NCBI GenBank assembly: GCA_049656845.1
Contig: JBASML010000225.1
Location: 1-38,280 of the forward strand
Length of the DNA: 38,280 nucleotides
DNA from: Syntrophaceticus sp.
GTDB taxonomy: Bacteria; Bacillota; DSM-12270; Thermacetogeniales; Thermacetogeniaceae
Direction of reading: 5' to 3'
Shown here: piece by piece, positions 7,771 to 17,657 of the stretch
Layout of the letters: each line of letters starts with the position of its first letter
How positions within the stretch are numbered: position 1 is the first letter of the stretch
Program-made: the position numbers and the translations under genes
The notes under the pieces: model-generated
Database searches by the model: none
What the model was told of the DNA's origin: nothing
The model's input: the letters and a program-made list of their open reading frames with translations, nothing else

Positions 7771-8340
7771 ATGTCTGAAAGATTTTGGTTGCGTCGGGGG
7801 CTAAGTACTGCATTTCTAACATTTGTTCTCAGCCTGCTTTTCAGCTACATATCTGATGTCCTCCTGGGTAAAATCACTGTTATTGTTTTAGCATTACTAT
7901 TTTTGCTTTTAATTATTCTCATCGGTGTCCTGTTTGATATGATTGGTTTTTCAGCCGCTGCAGCTGAAATAGGCCCCTTAAATGCCAGAGCCGCAAATAG
8001 GGTTTGGGGAGCGCGACAGGCAGTCAAATTGGTTAAGAACGCCGACCGAGTAGCAATTTTTTGTAATGATGTGATGGGTGATATTTGCGCTACTGTAGGA
8101 GGTGCCATAGGTGTTGCTATAGTCTTCCGGCTTATAGCAAACAGCCCTAGCCTTAACACAACATTATTAACAACAGTTATTACAGGTTTGGTTGCGGCAC
8201 TGACCGTTGGGGGCAAGGCCATAGGTAAAGGCATTGCTTTAAATGAAGCCACAGAGGTCATGTTCCGCATTGGTCAAATTATTGCTTGGATAGAAAAACT
8301 AACAGGTATAGAATTATTCTCGACAAAAGGGAAAAGGTGA
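7771..8340 (+). CDS. oapA: OLE-associated membrane protein A
   Basis: Multi-TM protein with [10 protein letters not shown]++[30 protein letters not shown] motifs, directly downstream of OLE; start could be 7711, 7768 or 7771. Confidence 0.88.
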   Translation: MSERFWLRRGLSTAFLTFVLSLLFSYISDVLLGKITVIVLALLFLLLIILIGVLFDMIGFSAAAAEIGPLNARAANRVWGARQAVKLVKNADRVAIFCNDVMGDICATVGGAIGVAIVFRLIANSPSLNTTLLTTVITGLVAALTVGGKAIGKGIALNEATEVMFRIGQIIAWIEKLTGIELFSTKGKR

Positions 8341-8345
8341 AGGTT

Positions 8346-10214
8346 GTGATTTTAGAAACAATTGGAGGACCCTCAGATTTAAAAAATCTGACTTTTGATC
8401 AGATGGAGGAACTGGCCCAGGAGATTAGAAATTATCTGCTGGAAATCGTATCTCGTAATGGGGGGCACTTGGCGCCGAATCTGGGAGTTGTAGAATTAAC
8501 TATTGCACTTCATTATGTTTTTAATTCCCCTCGAGATAAGATTATCTGGGATGTAGGGCACCAGTGTTATGTTCATAAAATTCTTACAGGTCGCCGGGAA
8601 GAGCTGAAAACTATCAGGCAGTTTAAGGGTTTGAGTGGTTTTCCCAAGCGATCTGAGAGTATCCACGACTGTTTTGAGACCGGGCACAGCAGCACCTCTA
8701 TCTCGGCTGCATTAGGATTTGCTTTAGCTCGGGATATCAAAAAAGAAAAGCATTCAGTTATAGCTGTGATCGGTGATGGTGCTTTGACCGGGGGAATGGC
8801 CTTTGAGGCATTAAACCATGCTGGGCAGCTGGGAACCCGTTTGATCGTTATTCTGAATGATAATGAGATGTCCATCACCCGAAATGTAGGTGCCATGTCC
8901 GGGTATCTTAGTAGGCTGCGCACAGATCCTCTCTATCACAGGAGCAAAGAGGAAATCAGGGAGGTCCTGCAGCGGATCCCCAATATTGGCCCAAAGATGT
9001 TCAAAGCTGCAGAGCGCTTTAAAGACAGTGTCAAGTATCTGCTTGTATCGGGGATGCTCTTTGAAGAATTAGGTTTTACTTACCTGGGACCCATTGATGG
9101 ACACAACTTGAGAATGCTTAACCAAGTTTTGGAGCGTGCCAGACAGCTTTCTGGGCCTGTGTTGGTACATGTAAATACTATTAAAGGAAAGGGTTATTTT
9201 CCGGCAGAGAAGCAGCCCAATAAGTTTCATGGAATCGGCCCCTTTGATTTAAAAACCGGGAAAACACGCCGGGGAGAGGCACCTTCTTTTACAGATGTCT
9301 TCGGTAAGACTGTTTTGGAGTTGGGCAAGGATTATCCGGAATTAGTGACCATCACTGCAGCTATGTCTGAGGGGACTGGCCTCTGTGAATTTGCCAAAAG
9401 ATACCCAAAGCGGTTTTTTGATGTGGGGATCGCAGAACAACATGCGGTGACATTCGCTGCGGGTTTGGCTCAGACCGGATGCCTTCCGGTTGTGGCAATT
9501 TATTCTACGTTTTTACAGCGTGCCTATGATCAGATTGTTCATGATGTTGCCCTGCAGAATCTGCATATTATATTCGCACTGGATCGTGCCGGTATCGTGG
9601 GAGAGGACGGAGAAACCCATCAGGGTGTTTTTGATCTTTCATACCTGCGTCACATTCCCAGGATGACTGTGATGGTACCCAAGGACCAGAGTGAACTGGT
9701 AGCGATGCTGAAGAGTTCTGTGAAATATGAAGGCCCTATAGCGATACGCTATCCTAGGGGTGCCGGCCCCTTGAAAGAGATTGATTACCATCTGCCTGAA
9801 CTTCCTATTGGCAAAGGAGAGGTTCTCCGCAAAGGGGATGACATGGTACTGTTTACTGTAGGCCCTCTGGTTTATCAAGCCTTGGAAGCAGCGGAAAAGC
9901 TTTCCAAGGAGGGGCAAGAGGCGGCTGTGATCAACTGCCGGTTTGTCAAGCCTCTGGATGATGAGTTGATACTAGAGTGGTCAAACCGGACAAAAAGGGT
10001 TATTACTATAGAGGAGAATGTTATCACGGGTGGATTTGGAAGTGCGGTATTGGAACTGCTGGCAGACAACAGTTATCAAGGTGAAACTGCCAGGATAGGT
10101 ATCCCCGACTGCTTTTTAGAGCATGGGGCAACTGATTTGTTACATCGGAAATTGGGGTTGGATGCCCCGGGTATTGTTGATTTTATCAAGGCGAAGGGCT
10201 GGTTTGATAGCTAA
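8346..10214 (+). CDS. dxs: 1-deoxy-D-xylulose-5-phosphate synthase
   Basis: [57 protein letters not shown]. Confidence 0.97.
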   Translation: MILETIGGPSDLKNLTFDQMEELAQEIRNYLLEIVSRNGGHLAPNLGVVELTIALHYVFNSPRDKIIWDVGHQCYVHKILTGRREELKTIRQFKGLSGFPKRSESIHDCFETGHSSTSISAALGFALARDIKKEKHSVIAVIGDGALTGGMAFEALNHAGQLGTRLIVILNDNEMSITRNVGAMSGYLSRLRTDPLYHRSKEEIREVLQRIPNIGPKMFKAAERFKDSVKYLLVSGMLFEELGFTYLGPIDGHNLRMLNQVLERARQLSGPVLVHVNTIKGKGYFPAEKQPNKFHGIGPFDLKTGKTRRGEAPSFTDVFGKTVLELGKDYPELVTITAAMSEGTGLCEFAKRYPKRFFDVGIAEQHAVTFAAGLAQTGCLPVVAIYSTFLQRAYDQIVHDVALQNLHIIFALDRAGIVGEDGETHQGVFDLSYLRHIPRMTVMVPKDQSELVAMLKSSVKYEGPIAIRYPRGAGPLKEIDYHLPELPIGKGEVLRKGDDMVLFTVGPLVYQALEAAEKLSKEGQEAAVINCRFVKPLDDELILEWSNRTKRVITIEENVITGGFGSAVLELLADNSYQGETARIGIPDCFLEHGATDLLHRKLGLDAPGIVDFIKAKGWFDS

Positions 10215-11032
10215 TGGGTAGTGCAAAAAAAAGGCGCATCGACCAACTCTTGGTGGATAAAGGATTTTTTAAAAGCCGCGAACGAGCACGGCGCAGCTTG
10301 ATGGCGGGTGTTGTTTTCTATGAGGGGAAAAGGATTGATAAACCCGGGACTTTTGTGGACCCGGAGGGAGAAATACAGGTAAAAGAAGACCCCTGCCCCT
10401 TTGTTAGTCGCGGTGGGCTTAAACTAGAGGCAGCACTCCAGGAATTCGGTATCTCAGTTAAGGGACGGGTAGCCCTGGATGCCGGGGCCTCAACAGGGGG
10501 GTTTACCCAGTGCCTGTTGAGATGGGGAGCAAGAACGGTTTATGCTATAGACGTAGGTTATGGGCAGCTAGCCTGGGAGCTGCGTCAGGACCCACGGGTG
10601 GTAGTACTGGAAAGGACAAATTTGCGTTATCTTACACCTGGAGAGTTAGGTGCCAGGGTGGATCTGGTGACACTGGATCTCTCTTTTATCTCTCTTGAAA
10701 AAATATTGGCACCTGTTAGGGGGCTGCTTAATGACAGGGGAGAGGTTATTGCTCTGGTTAAGCCCCAGTTTGAGGCGGGTCCAGAACTGGTGAGAAAAGG
10801 TGGTATTGTAAGGGACCCTAAAGTTCACTGGCAGGTTCTTATCAAAATTATTAATAAAGCTGTAGAGTCAGGTTTCCAATACAGAGGGGTTACCTATTCA
10901 CCTATCTGTGGTACCGATGGCAATATTGAATTCTTTTTACTGCTGGGCACAGGTCCCCCTGAGTTGCCTGAAGATATTATCCCAGAGATCCGGGCTGTTG
11001 TAGAAAAAGCACACGCTATACTGGTGAATTAA
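10214..11032 (+). CDS. tlyA: TlyA family rRNA methyltransferase
   Basis: S4 domain, VSRGGLKL, DAGASTGGFT, DVGYGQL, LVKPQFE, GNIEF. Confidence 0.93.
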   Translation: MGSAKKRRIDQLLVDKGFFKSRERARRSLMAGVVFYEGKRIDKPGTFVDPEGEIQVKEDPCPFVSRGGLKLEAALQEFGISVKGRVALDAGASTGGFTQCLLRWGARTVYAIDVGYGQLAWELRQDPRVVVLERTNLRYLTPGELGARVDLVTLDLSFISLEKILAPVRGLLNDRGEVIALVKPQFEAGPELVRKGGIVRDPKVHWQVLIKIINKAVESGFQYRGVTYSPICGTDGNIEFFLLLGTGPPELPEDIIPEIRAVVEKAHAILVN

Positions 11033-11060
11033 CACTGTAAGTGATATTGAGGAGGCAGAA

Positions 11061-11912
11061 ATGAAACAGGTAGGTTTGGTTGTCAATATGCGCAAGGCCC
11101 GGGGTGGGAGGTTTCTTGATATTCTTGTCGAATGGTTTGAACAGCGAGGTATCAAGGTAGTGCTTCCCCAGACCACAGAGCTCATGTATATACCCCCTTT
11201 TGGCTGTCCAGAGATCAATTTTCAGGAAGAAGTGGACATGATTTTGACATTAGGGGGGGATGGGACACTGCTAGGGGCGGCGCGCCAGGTAGCAGATAAG
11301 GGAATCCCTATTTTAGGTGTCAATTTAGGACAGCTAGGGTTTTTGACTGATCTGGAGATGCCGGACCTATTTCCGTGTTTAGAGAAATTGGTTGAAGGTG
11401 ATTATGAAATTGAACCCCGCATGATGCTTGATGCCCAAGTTTTGCGTGAGGGTTCTCCTGTGAAAAATATCATTGCTTTTAATGATGTGGTTATTGCCAA
11501 GGGTCCTATTTCCAGAATTATTAGATTAGAGACCTATGTTGATAGAGACTATCTGGCAAGTTATAGAGCTGATGGGATAATTATTGCCTCACCTACCGGT
11601 TCTACTGCCTATTCCCTTTCCGCGGGTGGGCCAATTGTTAATCCTGTATTAGAACTAATGATTGTCACACCAATTTGCCCTCATACCTTACATGCCAGGC
11701 CATTTATCCTATCTGATAACCAGGAGATACGAGTAATTATGAGAACCGGCACTTCTGAGGTAATGCTAACTATCGATGGACAGGTGGGCTTTCCTTTACA
11801 AAAAAATGATAATATTGTGGTTCGCAAAGCAGAAGTTTATACAAAACTTGTCAAAGTGAAGAAACGCTCCTTTTCCGAAGTTTTGCGCATGAAATTTCGG
11901 GGAGGAAATTAG
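11061..11912 (+). CDS. nadK: NAD(+) kinase
   Basis: LGGDGTLL, GVNLGQLGFL, ADGIIIASPTGSTAYSLSAGGP, PICPH. Confidence 0.95.
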   Translation: MKQVGLVVNMRKARGGRFLDILVEWFEQRGIKVVLPQTTELMYIPPFGCPEINFQEEVDMILTLGGDGTLLGAARQVADKGIPILGVNLGQLGFLTDLEMPDLFPCLEKLVEGDYEIEPRMMLDAQVLREGSPVKNIIAFNDVVIAKGPISRIIRLETYVDRDYLASYRADGIIIASPTGSTAYSLSAGGPIVNPVLELMIVTPICPHTLHARPFILSDNQEIRVIMRTGTSEVMLTIDGQVGFPLQKNDNIVVRKAEVYTKLVKVKKRSFSEVLRMKFRGGN

Positions 11913-11938
11913 CTAAATGAAGGAAAGTGTTTTCTTTT

Positions 11939-12391
11939 ATGAAACTGCGAAGGCAGCAGGCAATACTGGAAATTATTGAAGAAAAAGCAATTACTACCCA
12001 AAGGGAGTTAGCTGAGGAGCTGCTTGCCCGGGGTATTAAAACTACCCAGGCCACTATCTCTCGGGATATCAAGGAACTGCATCTGGTGAAGGTTCCGATT
12101 GGTCCCGGGTCTTACCGCTATGCTAGGCCCCAGCAGGTGGATCCACCCCAAAGTTATGAACGCCTGCGGAGGCTGTTCAGGGAAAATGTAGTGAAACATG
12201 ACTATAGTGAAAATCTTATCTTAATCAGAACACTGCCTGGAGCTGCTCATAATGTCGCCTTTGCTATCGATCACTCGGGCTGGGAGGAGCTCTTGGGAAC
12301 CGTTGCCGGGGATGACACTATCTTATTGATTGTTAAGCAGAGGGATGCTGTTGGTAAGGTGATCAAGCGTATAGATGAGATGTTGAGGTGA
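11939..12391 (+). CDS. argR: Arginine repressor
   Basis: TQ.EL, TQATISRDIKEL, GTVAGDDT. Confidence 0.95.
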   Translation: MKLRRQQAILEIIEEKAITTQRELAEELLARGIKTTQATISRDIKELHLVKVPIGPGSYRYARPQQVDPPQSYERLRRLFRENVVKHDYSENLILIRTLPGAAHNVAFAIDHSGWEELLGTVAGDDTILLIVKQRDAVGKVIKRIDEMLR

Positions 12392-12401
12392 GGGGAGTTT
12401 T

Positions 12402-14087
12402 ATGCTGGTCCAGCTTGTGATTCAAGACTTCGCCTTGATTGAATATGTAGAATTAATGCTCGGCCCAGGCTTAAACGTATTGACCGGGGAAACTGGAGCA
12501 GGTAAATCCATTATCGTTGATGCCATGAATCTACTGGTAGGAGGACGCGCTTCCAGTGATTTAGTACGCATTGGTACAGAAAAAGCAGAAGTGCAAGGGT
12601 ATTTTGACTGTAGGCGCTATCCTCAGGTTGAGGAAAAGATAGCTGAATTGGGCCTGCCTCTTAGTGAAGATCAGACACTACTCCTTACCCGGGAGGTAAG
12701 TTCCGGGGGTAGGAGTGTCTGTCGCGTCAATGGGCGAGTGGTGCCCCTGTCTATGTATCGCCCTTTTGGAGAATTGCTTGTGGACCTTCACGGTCAGCAT
12801 GAGCACCAGTCATTACTTCGGGTTGGTCAGCACAGGGAACTGCTCGACCGTTTCTGTGGCCCTGTTGTACTAAAACAGCGGTCACTGGTTTCCAAATTAT
12901 ACAGAAAGATGGTACAGTTGCGAGAGGAATATGGGAAAGAGCAGTTAAGTGAATCTGAAGTGAACCGCCGCTTAGATTATCTCAAATATGCAGTTGAAGA
13001 GATCGATCATCTACAGCCTACTCCCGGGGAAGAGGAAGAACTGCAGAAAAAACGAGATCGCCTGCGTCACAGTGAAAAGCTGGTTGCCCTTGTGCAGGAA
13101 GCACTTGTTACATTGACAGGCAGTGACGGAAGACTGATCCCTGCCTATGATCTCCTGGGCAGTGCCGCGGAGAAGCTTCAAGAAATAGCGCAGATCGACA
13201 GTGCGGCAGAAGAAATGGCCCAGTCTATGAAGGATATTCTCTTTCATCTTGAGGATGTTATAGAAAAGCTGAGGGCATATCAGGAGCAACTGGATTTTGA
13301 CCCAGATTGTGCCAGAGAAGTAGAAGAAAGGCTCTTTGCTTTGCGAGACTTGATGCGCAAGTATGGTGCTTCTCTTGCTGAAGTTTGTGAGTTTCGCCTT
13401 ACTGCTGCAGCAGAAATGGAAAAGCTGCAAGGGACAGCTCAGCATAAGGAAATTCTGGAAAAAGAGTTTCAGGACACCTTACAGGAATATGATTTAGAAG
13501 CAAAAAAACTGAGTACCCTGCGGCGAGAAGGAGCAGTTGATCTATCCAATGCTGTAGCAGCTGAGCTGCATGGATTAGGGTTGGAAAATGCGCGTTTGGA
13601 AATTGGTTTTACACAGTCATCAGAACCTACTGCAGCAGGCTATGATATACCAGAATTTTTGTTTAGTGCCAATCCCGGGGAGCCGCTTAAGCCCTTGGCT
13701 AAGATCGCTTCAGGTGGGGAGATGTCCCGGGTTATGTTAGCACTTAAAGTTGTTTTGGCTAAAAACGATCAGATTCCAACACTAATATTTGATGAGATCG
13801 ATGCTGGGATCGGAGGATTAACCCTGCAGGCTGTTGCAGAGCGCCTGGCAGTATTAGGAGCGGACAAGCAGGTTTTGTGTGTAACTCATGCCCCCAATAT
13901 TGCCGGGCGTGGGCAGACACATTTTTTTGTTGAAAAGTTTGTTAAACAGGGAAAAACTCAGATTCAGGTTTCTCTATTGGACCCCGAGGAACGTGTAGAT
14001 GAGATAGTGCGTATGCTGGGTGGCACCTCAGATGAAGAGGTAGCCAGGAATCTTGCACTGCAGATACTGGAGAATGGAAAGGAGTGA
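12402..14087 (+). CDS. recN: DNA repair protein RecN
   Basis: TGETGAGKS Walker A, HGQHEHQ, ASGGEMSR, FDEIDAGIGG. Confidence 0.96.
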   Translation: MLVQLVIQDFALIEYVELMLGPGLNVLTGETGAGKSIIVDAMNLLVGGRASSDLVRIGTEKAEVQGYFDCRRYPQVEEKIAELGLPLSEDQTLLLTREVSSGGRSVCRVNGRVVPLSMYRPFGELLVDLHGQHEHQSLLRVGQHRELLDRFCGPVVLKQRSLVSKLYRKMVQLREEYGKEQLSESEVNRRLDYLKYAVEEIDHLQPTPGEEEELQKKRDRLRHSEKLVALVQEALVTLTGSDGRLIPAYDLLGSAAEKLQEIAQIDSAAEEMAQSMKDILFHLEDVIEKLRAYQEQLDFDPDCAREVEERLFALRDLMRKYGASLAEVCEFRLTAAAEMEKLQGTAQHKEILEKEFQDTLQEYDLEAKKLSTLRREGAVDLSNAVAAELHGLGLENARLEIGFTQSSEPTAAGYDIPEFLFSANPGEPLKPLAKIASGGEMSRVMLALKVVLAKNDQIPTLIFDEIDAGIGGLTLQAVAERLAVLGADKQVLCVTHAPNIAGRGQTHFFVEKFVKQGKTQIQVSLLDPEERVDEIVRMLGGTSDEEVARNLALQILENGKE

Positions 14088-14096
14088 TCATAAAAG

Positions 14097-14126
14097 GTAT
14101 AAATAAACTAGGAAAAGGTTATTTTA
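14097..14126 (+). promoter_or_regulatory. Sigma-F-type promoter of spoIVB
   Basis: GTATA (14097-14101)-N15-GGTTATTTTA (14117-14126); spoIVB is a known forespore gene. Confidence 0.6.
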
Positions 14127-14173
14127 AAAATCGGAGGAAGTTCAGCCAGGAGACGTTGTAGGAGTGAAGCAAG

Positions 14174-15535
14174 ATTAAGACCACTGATTCGCGTAAAGTT
14201 CCTGGTCTTTTTTTCTTTGTGATTCTCTTTGTAACCAGTTACATTTTTCTGGTTCAATTTGCTGCTGTTGTCCCGACACAACTGCGAGTCAGTGTAGGGG
14301 AAAGAGTTGCACTTGATAATCTTTTCCCTGATTGTCTTTCTACACGCTTGACTGCTCTGGTATCCCAAGATGAAGAGGTATTGAAGTGGCAAGAGGGCAA
14401 GAAACGTAGATTCCCTTTATTACAAGAAGAATCTCCCATAGCAGTCGTTCCGGGCCACGCCAAATTGGATCTGCGCCTTTTTGGAGTGATCCCCTTTAAA
14501 AAACTTACCCTACAGGTGGTTCCTCAGGTGGAAGTAATGGCCGGTGGGCACTCCATTGGGGTTCTCCTGAGTGCAGATGGTGTGATGGTGATGGGATACT
14601 CTGATATTATACTTGAGGATGGTCGAAGGTTATGCCCTGCTAAAGAAGCCGGCCTATTTCCCGGAGCATTGATCTTAAGTGTTGAGGGTACAGAAGTGAA
14701 CAGTGATACTCATTTGAGTTTTCTTATCGATCACCTTGCCAAGAAAAAGGATAAAATCCGATTAACTATTAAATATCAAGATAAAATAAAAGAAATAAAG
14801 ATAAAACCGCAATTTTGTAAAGAGACCCATCGTTACCGGATCGGTGTTTTAGTGCGTGATGGGGCTGCAGGTGTGGGTACCCTTACTTTTTATGACCCAA
14901 AAACAAAAAAATTTGGTGCACTGGGCCATGTAATAGCGAACTCCGGAGATAATGGGGTCTGGGACTTCAAAAATGGCAGGATCGTACCCGCATCAATTCA
15001 AGAGATCCGGAAGGGTGAACAGGGGAAAATAGGGGAAAAGATCGGTTTCTTTGGAGGTCAGGGTGCTTCTGGTAAGATCACAAAAAACACTCAATATGGT
15101 ATCTTCGGTATACTTCATCATAATTTATCAAATCCTGTCTACCCCAAACCTTTGCCTGTGGCTATGGGTTATCAGGTAAAGGAGGGACCAGCTACTATCC
15201 TCACCGTATTAAACAACGAAAACATTGAAACATTTCAGGTTTCCATTCAAACTGTTTTTTCCCGGCCTCGCTCTGATGGTAAGGCTTTCATCATTAAGGT
15301 TACGGATCCAGAGTTGATCAATAGAACAGGTGGGATTATCCAAGGAATGAGCGGGAGTCCCATCATTCAAAACGGGAAACTGGTAGGTGCAGTAACACAT
15401 GTTATGGTCAATGATCCATCCCGAGGATACGGAGTACTAGCAGAGGTGATGTTAGAAGAAGCGGGATTATTGTCTAAGGAAAAATGGGAGGGAACACCTA
15501 GATTTGCTGGGTGTGTTGCTGGTAACAGAATATAA
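14174..15535 (+). CDS. spoIVB: Stage IV sporulation serine peptidase SpoIVB (start inferred at ATT 14174; first canonical start is GTG 14219)
   Basis: GGHSIG, PDZ domain, RDGAAGVGTLTF, FGALGH, GGIIQGMSGSPIIQNGKLVGAVTHV. Confidence 0.93.
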   Translation: MKTTDSRKVPGLFFFVILFVTSYIFLVQFAAVVPTQLRVSVGERVALDNLFPDCLSTRLTALVSQDEEVLKWQEGKKRRFPLLQEESPIAVVPGHAKLDLRLFGVIPFKKLTLQVVPQVEVMAGGHSIGVLLSADGVMVMGYSDIILEDGRRLCPAKEAGLFPGALILSVEGTEVNSDTHLSFLIDHLAKKKDKIRLTIKYQDKIKEIKIKPQFCKETHRYRIGVLVRDGAAGVGTLTFYDPKTKKFGALGHVIANSGDNGVWDFKNGRIVPASIQEIRKGEQGKIGEKIGFFGGQGASGKITKNTQYGIFGILHHNLSNPVYPKPLPVAMGYQVKEGPATILTVLNNENIETFQVSIQTVFSRPRSDGKAFIIKVTDPELINRTGGIIQGMSGSPIIQNGKLVGAVTHVMVNDPSRGYGVLAEVMLEEAGLLSKEKWEGTPRFAGCVAGNRI

Positions 15536-15587
15536 ATCTTGGTTTTGGTTTATGTTCCAGAATGTGTCACCATCTTGCACAATTCGA

Positions 15588-15616
15588 AGAAGGAAATTGT
15601 TGGTGACATGTCGAAA
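15588..15616 (+). promoter_or_regulatory. Sigma-H promoter of spo0A with overlapping 0A box
   Basis: AGGA (15591-15594)-N18-GAAA; TGTCGAA 0A box at 15609-15615, an arrangement like the Bacillus spo0A Ps promoter. Confidence 0.7.
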
Positions 15617-15674
15617 GTAACTAAAAAAGAAAGATTACTATAATAAGGTAATATGAAATTAGGGGGCGAAATGA

Positions 15675-16442
15675 ATGGTTAACAAGATTAAAATCATGAT
15701 AGTGGATGATAACAGGGATTTTTGCGAGATTTTAAAGGAATATTTCGAGGGACTAGATGATTGTGTTGTTGCAGGTGTGGCGCATAATGGTTTGCAGGCA
15801 CTAGAACTGCTGACAGAGGAGTTTCCGGATGTGATTATTTTAGACCTGATTATGCCGCACCTGGATGGGATTGGCGTTTTGGAAAAGCTTTCACTGGACT
15901 ATGGTGAGGACAGACCAAAGGTGATTATACTTACTGCCTTTGGACAGGAGGCCATGACCAGGCGGGCAGTGGAATTGGGAGCTAACTACTATATTCTCAA
16001 ACCCTTTGACCTGGAGATCCTGGCCAACCGGGTAAGACAGTTGGCAAATAACCAGGTGGGGCAGACGCAGAACTCACTTCCCAGGACCCGTAATCTGGAT
16101 GTGGAGGTCACAAATTTGATGCACCAGATGGGGATTCCGGCACATGTGAGGGGCTACCAGTATATCAGGGATGCCATCCTTATGGTGGTAGAAGAGATGA
16201 GCTTGTTGGGAGCGGTCACCAAAGAACTTTATCCAGCCATTGCAGAGAGGTACAATACAACACCCAGTAGAGTAGAGAGGGCGATTCGACATGCAATTGA
16301 ACTTGCCTGGGACCGCGGAAATATAGAATTGATGAATAAATTTTTTGGATATACCATTGATGTGGAGCGAGGGAAACCTACTAATTCAGAATTCATAGCA
16401 ATGGTGGCAGACCGTCTGCGTGTAGGTACCAAAGTGGGTTAA
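15675..16442 (+). CDS. spo0A: Sporulation master regulator Spo0A
   Basis: Receiver domain ([10 protein letters not shown]) plus [43 protein letters not shown]. Confidence 0.98.
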   Translation: MVNKIKIMIVDDNRDFCEILKEYFEGLDDCVVAGVAHNGLQALELLTEEFPDVIILDLIMPHLDGIGVLEKLSLDYGEDRPKVIILTAFGQEAMTRRAVELGANYYILKPFDLEILANRVRQLANNQVGQTQNSLPRTRNLDVEVTNLMHQMGIPAHVRGYQYIRDAILMVVEEMSLLGAVTKELYPAIAERYNTTPSRVERAIRHAIELAWDRGNIELMNKFFGYTIDVERGKPTNSEFIAMVADRLRVGTKVG

Positions 16443-16508
16443 TTACTTGCAAGCCATTATTCTATAGTTTAAAATTAAAGACAAGTAAGAATGGCGAGGC
16501 AGGTATAA

Positions 16509-17630
16509 ATGGATATTAAAGGTAAAGCAAAGGTAGATAAGCGCACTAAAAACCTTGTTAAGCGCTTAAGCAGCCATGATATTGCTGTTATAGACCATGC
16601 GGACCTCGATGAACTAGCGGCGGAAAGCCTGATTTTATGCCGACCAAAGGCTGTAATTAATGCAAGTTCTTCAATAACTGGCAGGTATCCTAATGCGGGT
16701 CCTCTTAACCTTATCAAGGCGGGGGTCCCGCTTCTTGATGCCGTAGGCCCTCGAGTAATGAATGAGATTCATGATGGAGACGAGCTACTTATTTCCGGAG
16801 AAGAAATTATTTGTGAGGGCAGATGGATTGCGCGTGGTACCCTCCTTACGGAGTCCATGGTTCGGGATAAAATGGCTGCAGCTTCACAGAATGTAAAAAA
16901 TGAACTGGCTAGGTTTGTAGATAACACCCTTGAATATGCCCGTAGGGAACAGGGCTTGATCCTGGGGGATTATCCTATTCCAATTTTGCAAACGAAGATT
17001 CAGAACAGGCATGTTCTTATTGTTGTGCGGGGTGCAGGATACCAAGAGGACATTCTAGCTATCAAGTCCTATATTGATGAAGTCAAACCTGTATTGATAG
17101 GTGTTGATGGTGGAGCTGATGCTCTCCTAGAGTTAGGTTACCAACCGGATATTATTGTTGGTGATATGGATAGCGTATCTGATCAGGCTTTAATGTCCGG
17201 TGCTGAGATAGTAGTCCATGCTTATCCTGATGGTAGAGCACCAGGGCTGAAAAGAGTTGAACAGCTGGGTTTACATTCTGTTGTTTTTCCCGCTCCGGGA
17301 ACCAGTGAGGATATTGCTCTCCTTTTGGCTTATGAAAAGGGGGCAGAGTTAATTGTTGCCGTAGGAACACACTCTAATATGTTCGACTTTCTGGAGAAAG
17401 ATCGACCTGGGATGGCCAGCACTTTTTTGGTGCGGCTGAAAGTTGGTTCAATTTTGGTTGATGCTAAAGGGGTAAGTAAGCTTTACCGTCAAAGGCTTAA
17501 GCTGAAACATGTAGCGCAAATATTCTTGGCTGCTCTACTTCCCCTTTTTGTTATAATAATTATTTCTCCTACAACCAAGAGTTTTTTAAAACTCTTGGTT
17601 ATGCAGGTAAAACTTATGTTGCGCATTTAA
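16509..17630 (+). CDS. steA: SteA family protein (thiamine pyrophosphokinase-like domain, C-terminal TM anchor)
   Basis: D+RTK.LVKRL, IDH.DLD, SITGRYPN.GP, IGVDGGADAL, GDMDSVS, HAYPDG.APG, GMASTFL.RLK. Confidence 0.85.
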   Translation: MDIKGKAKVDKRTKNLVKRLSSHDIAVIDHADLDELAAESLILCRPKAVINASSSITGRYPNAGPLNLIKAGVPLLDAVGPRVMNEIHDGDELLISGEEIICEGRWIARGTLLTESMVRDKMAAASQNVKNELARFVDNTLEYARREQGLILGDYPIPILQTKIQNRHVLIVVRGAGYQEDILAIKSYIDEVKPVLIGVDGGADALLELGYQPDIIVGDMDSVSDQALMSGAEIVVHAYPDGRAPGLKRVEQLGLHSVVFPAPGTSEDIALLLAYEKGAELIVAVGTHSNMFDFLEKDRPGMASTFLVRLKVGSILVDAKGVSKLYRQRLKLKHVAQIFLAALLPLFVIIIISPTTKSFLKLLVMQVKLMLRI

Positions 17631-17657
17631 TGTTTTCGACGAAAGGGGGTTATTTGC

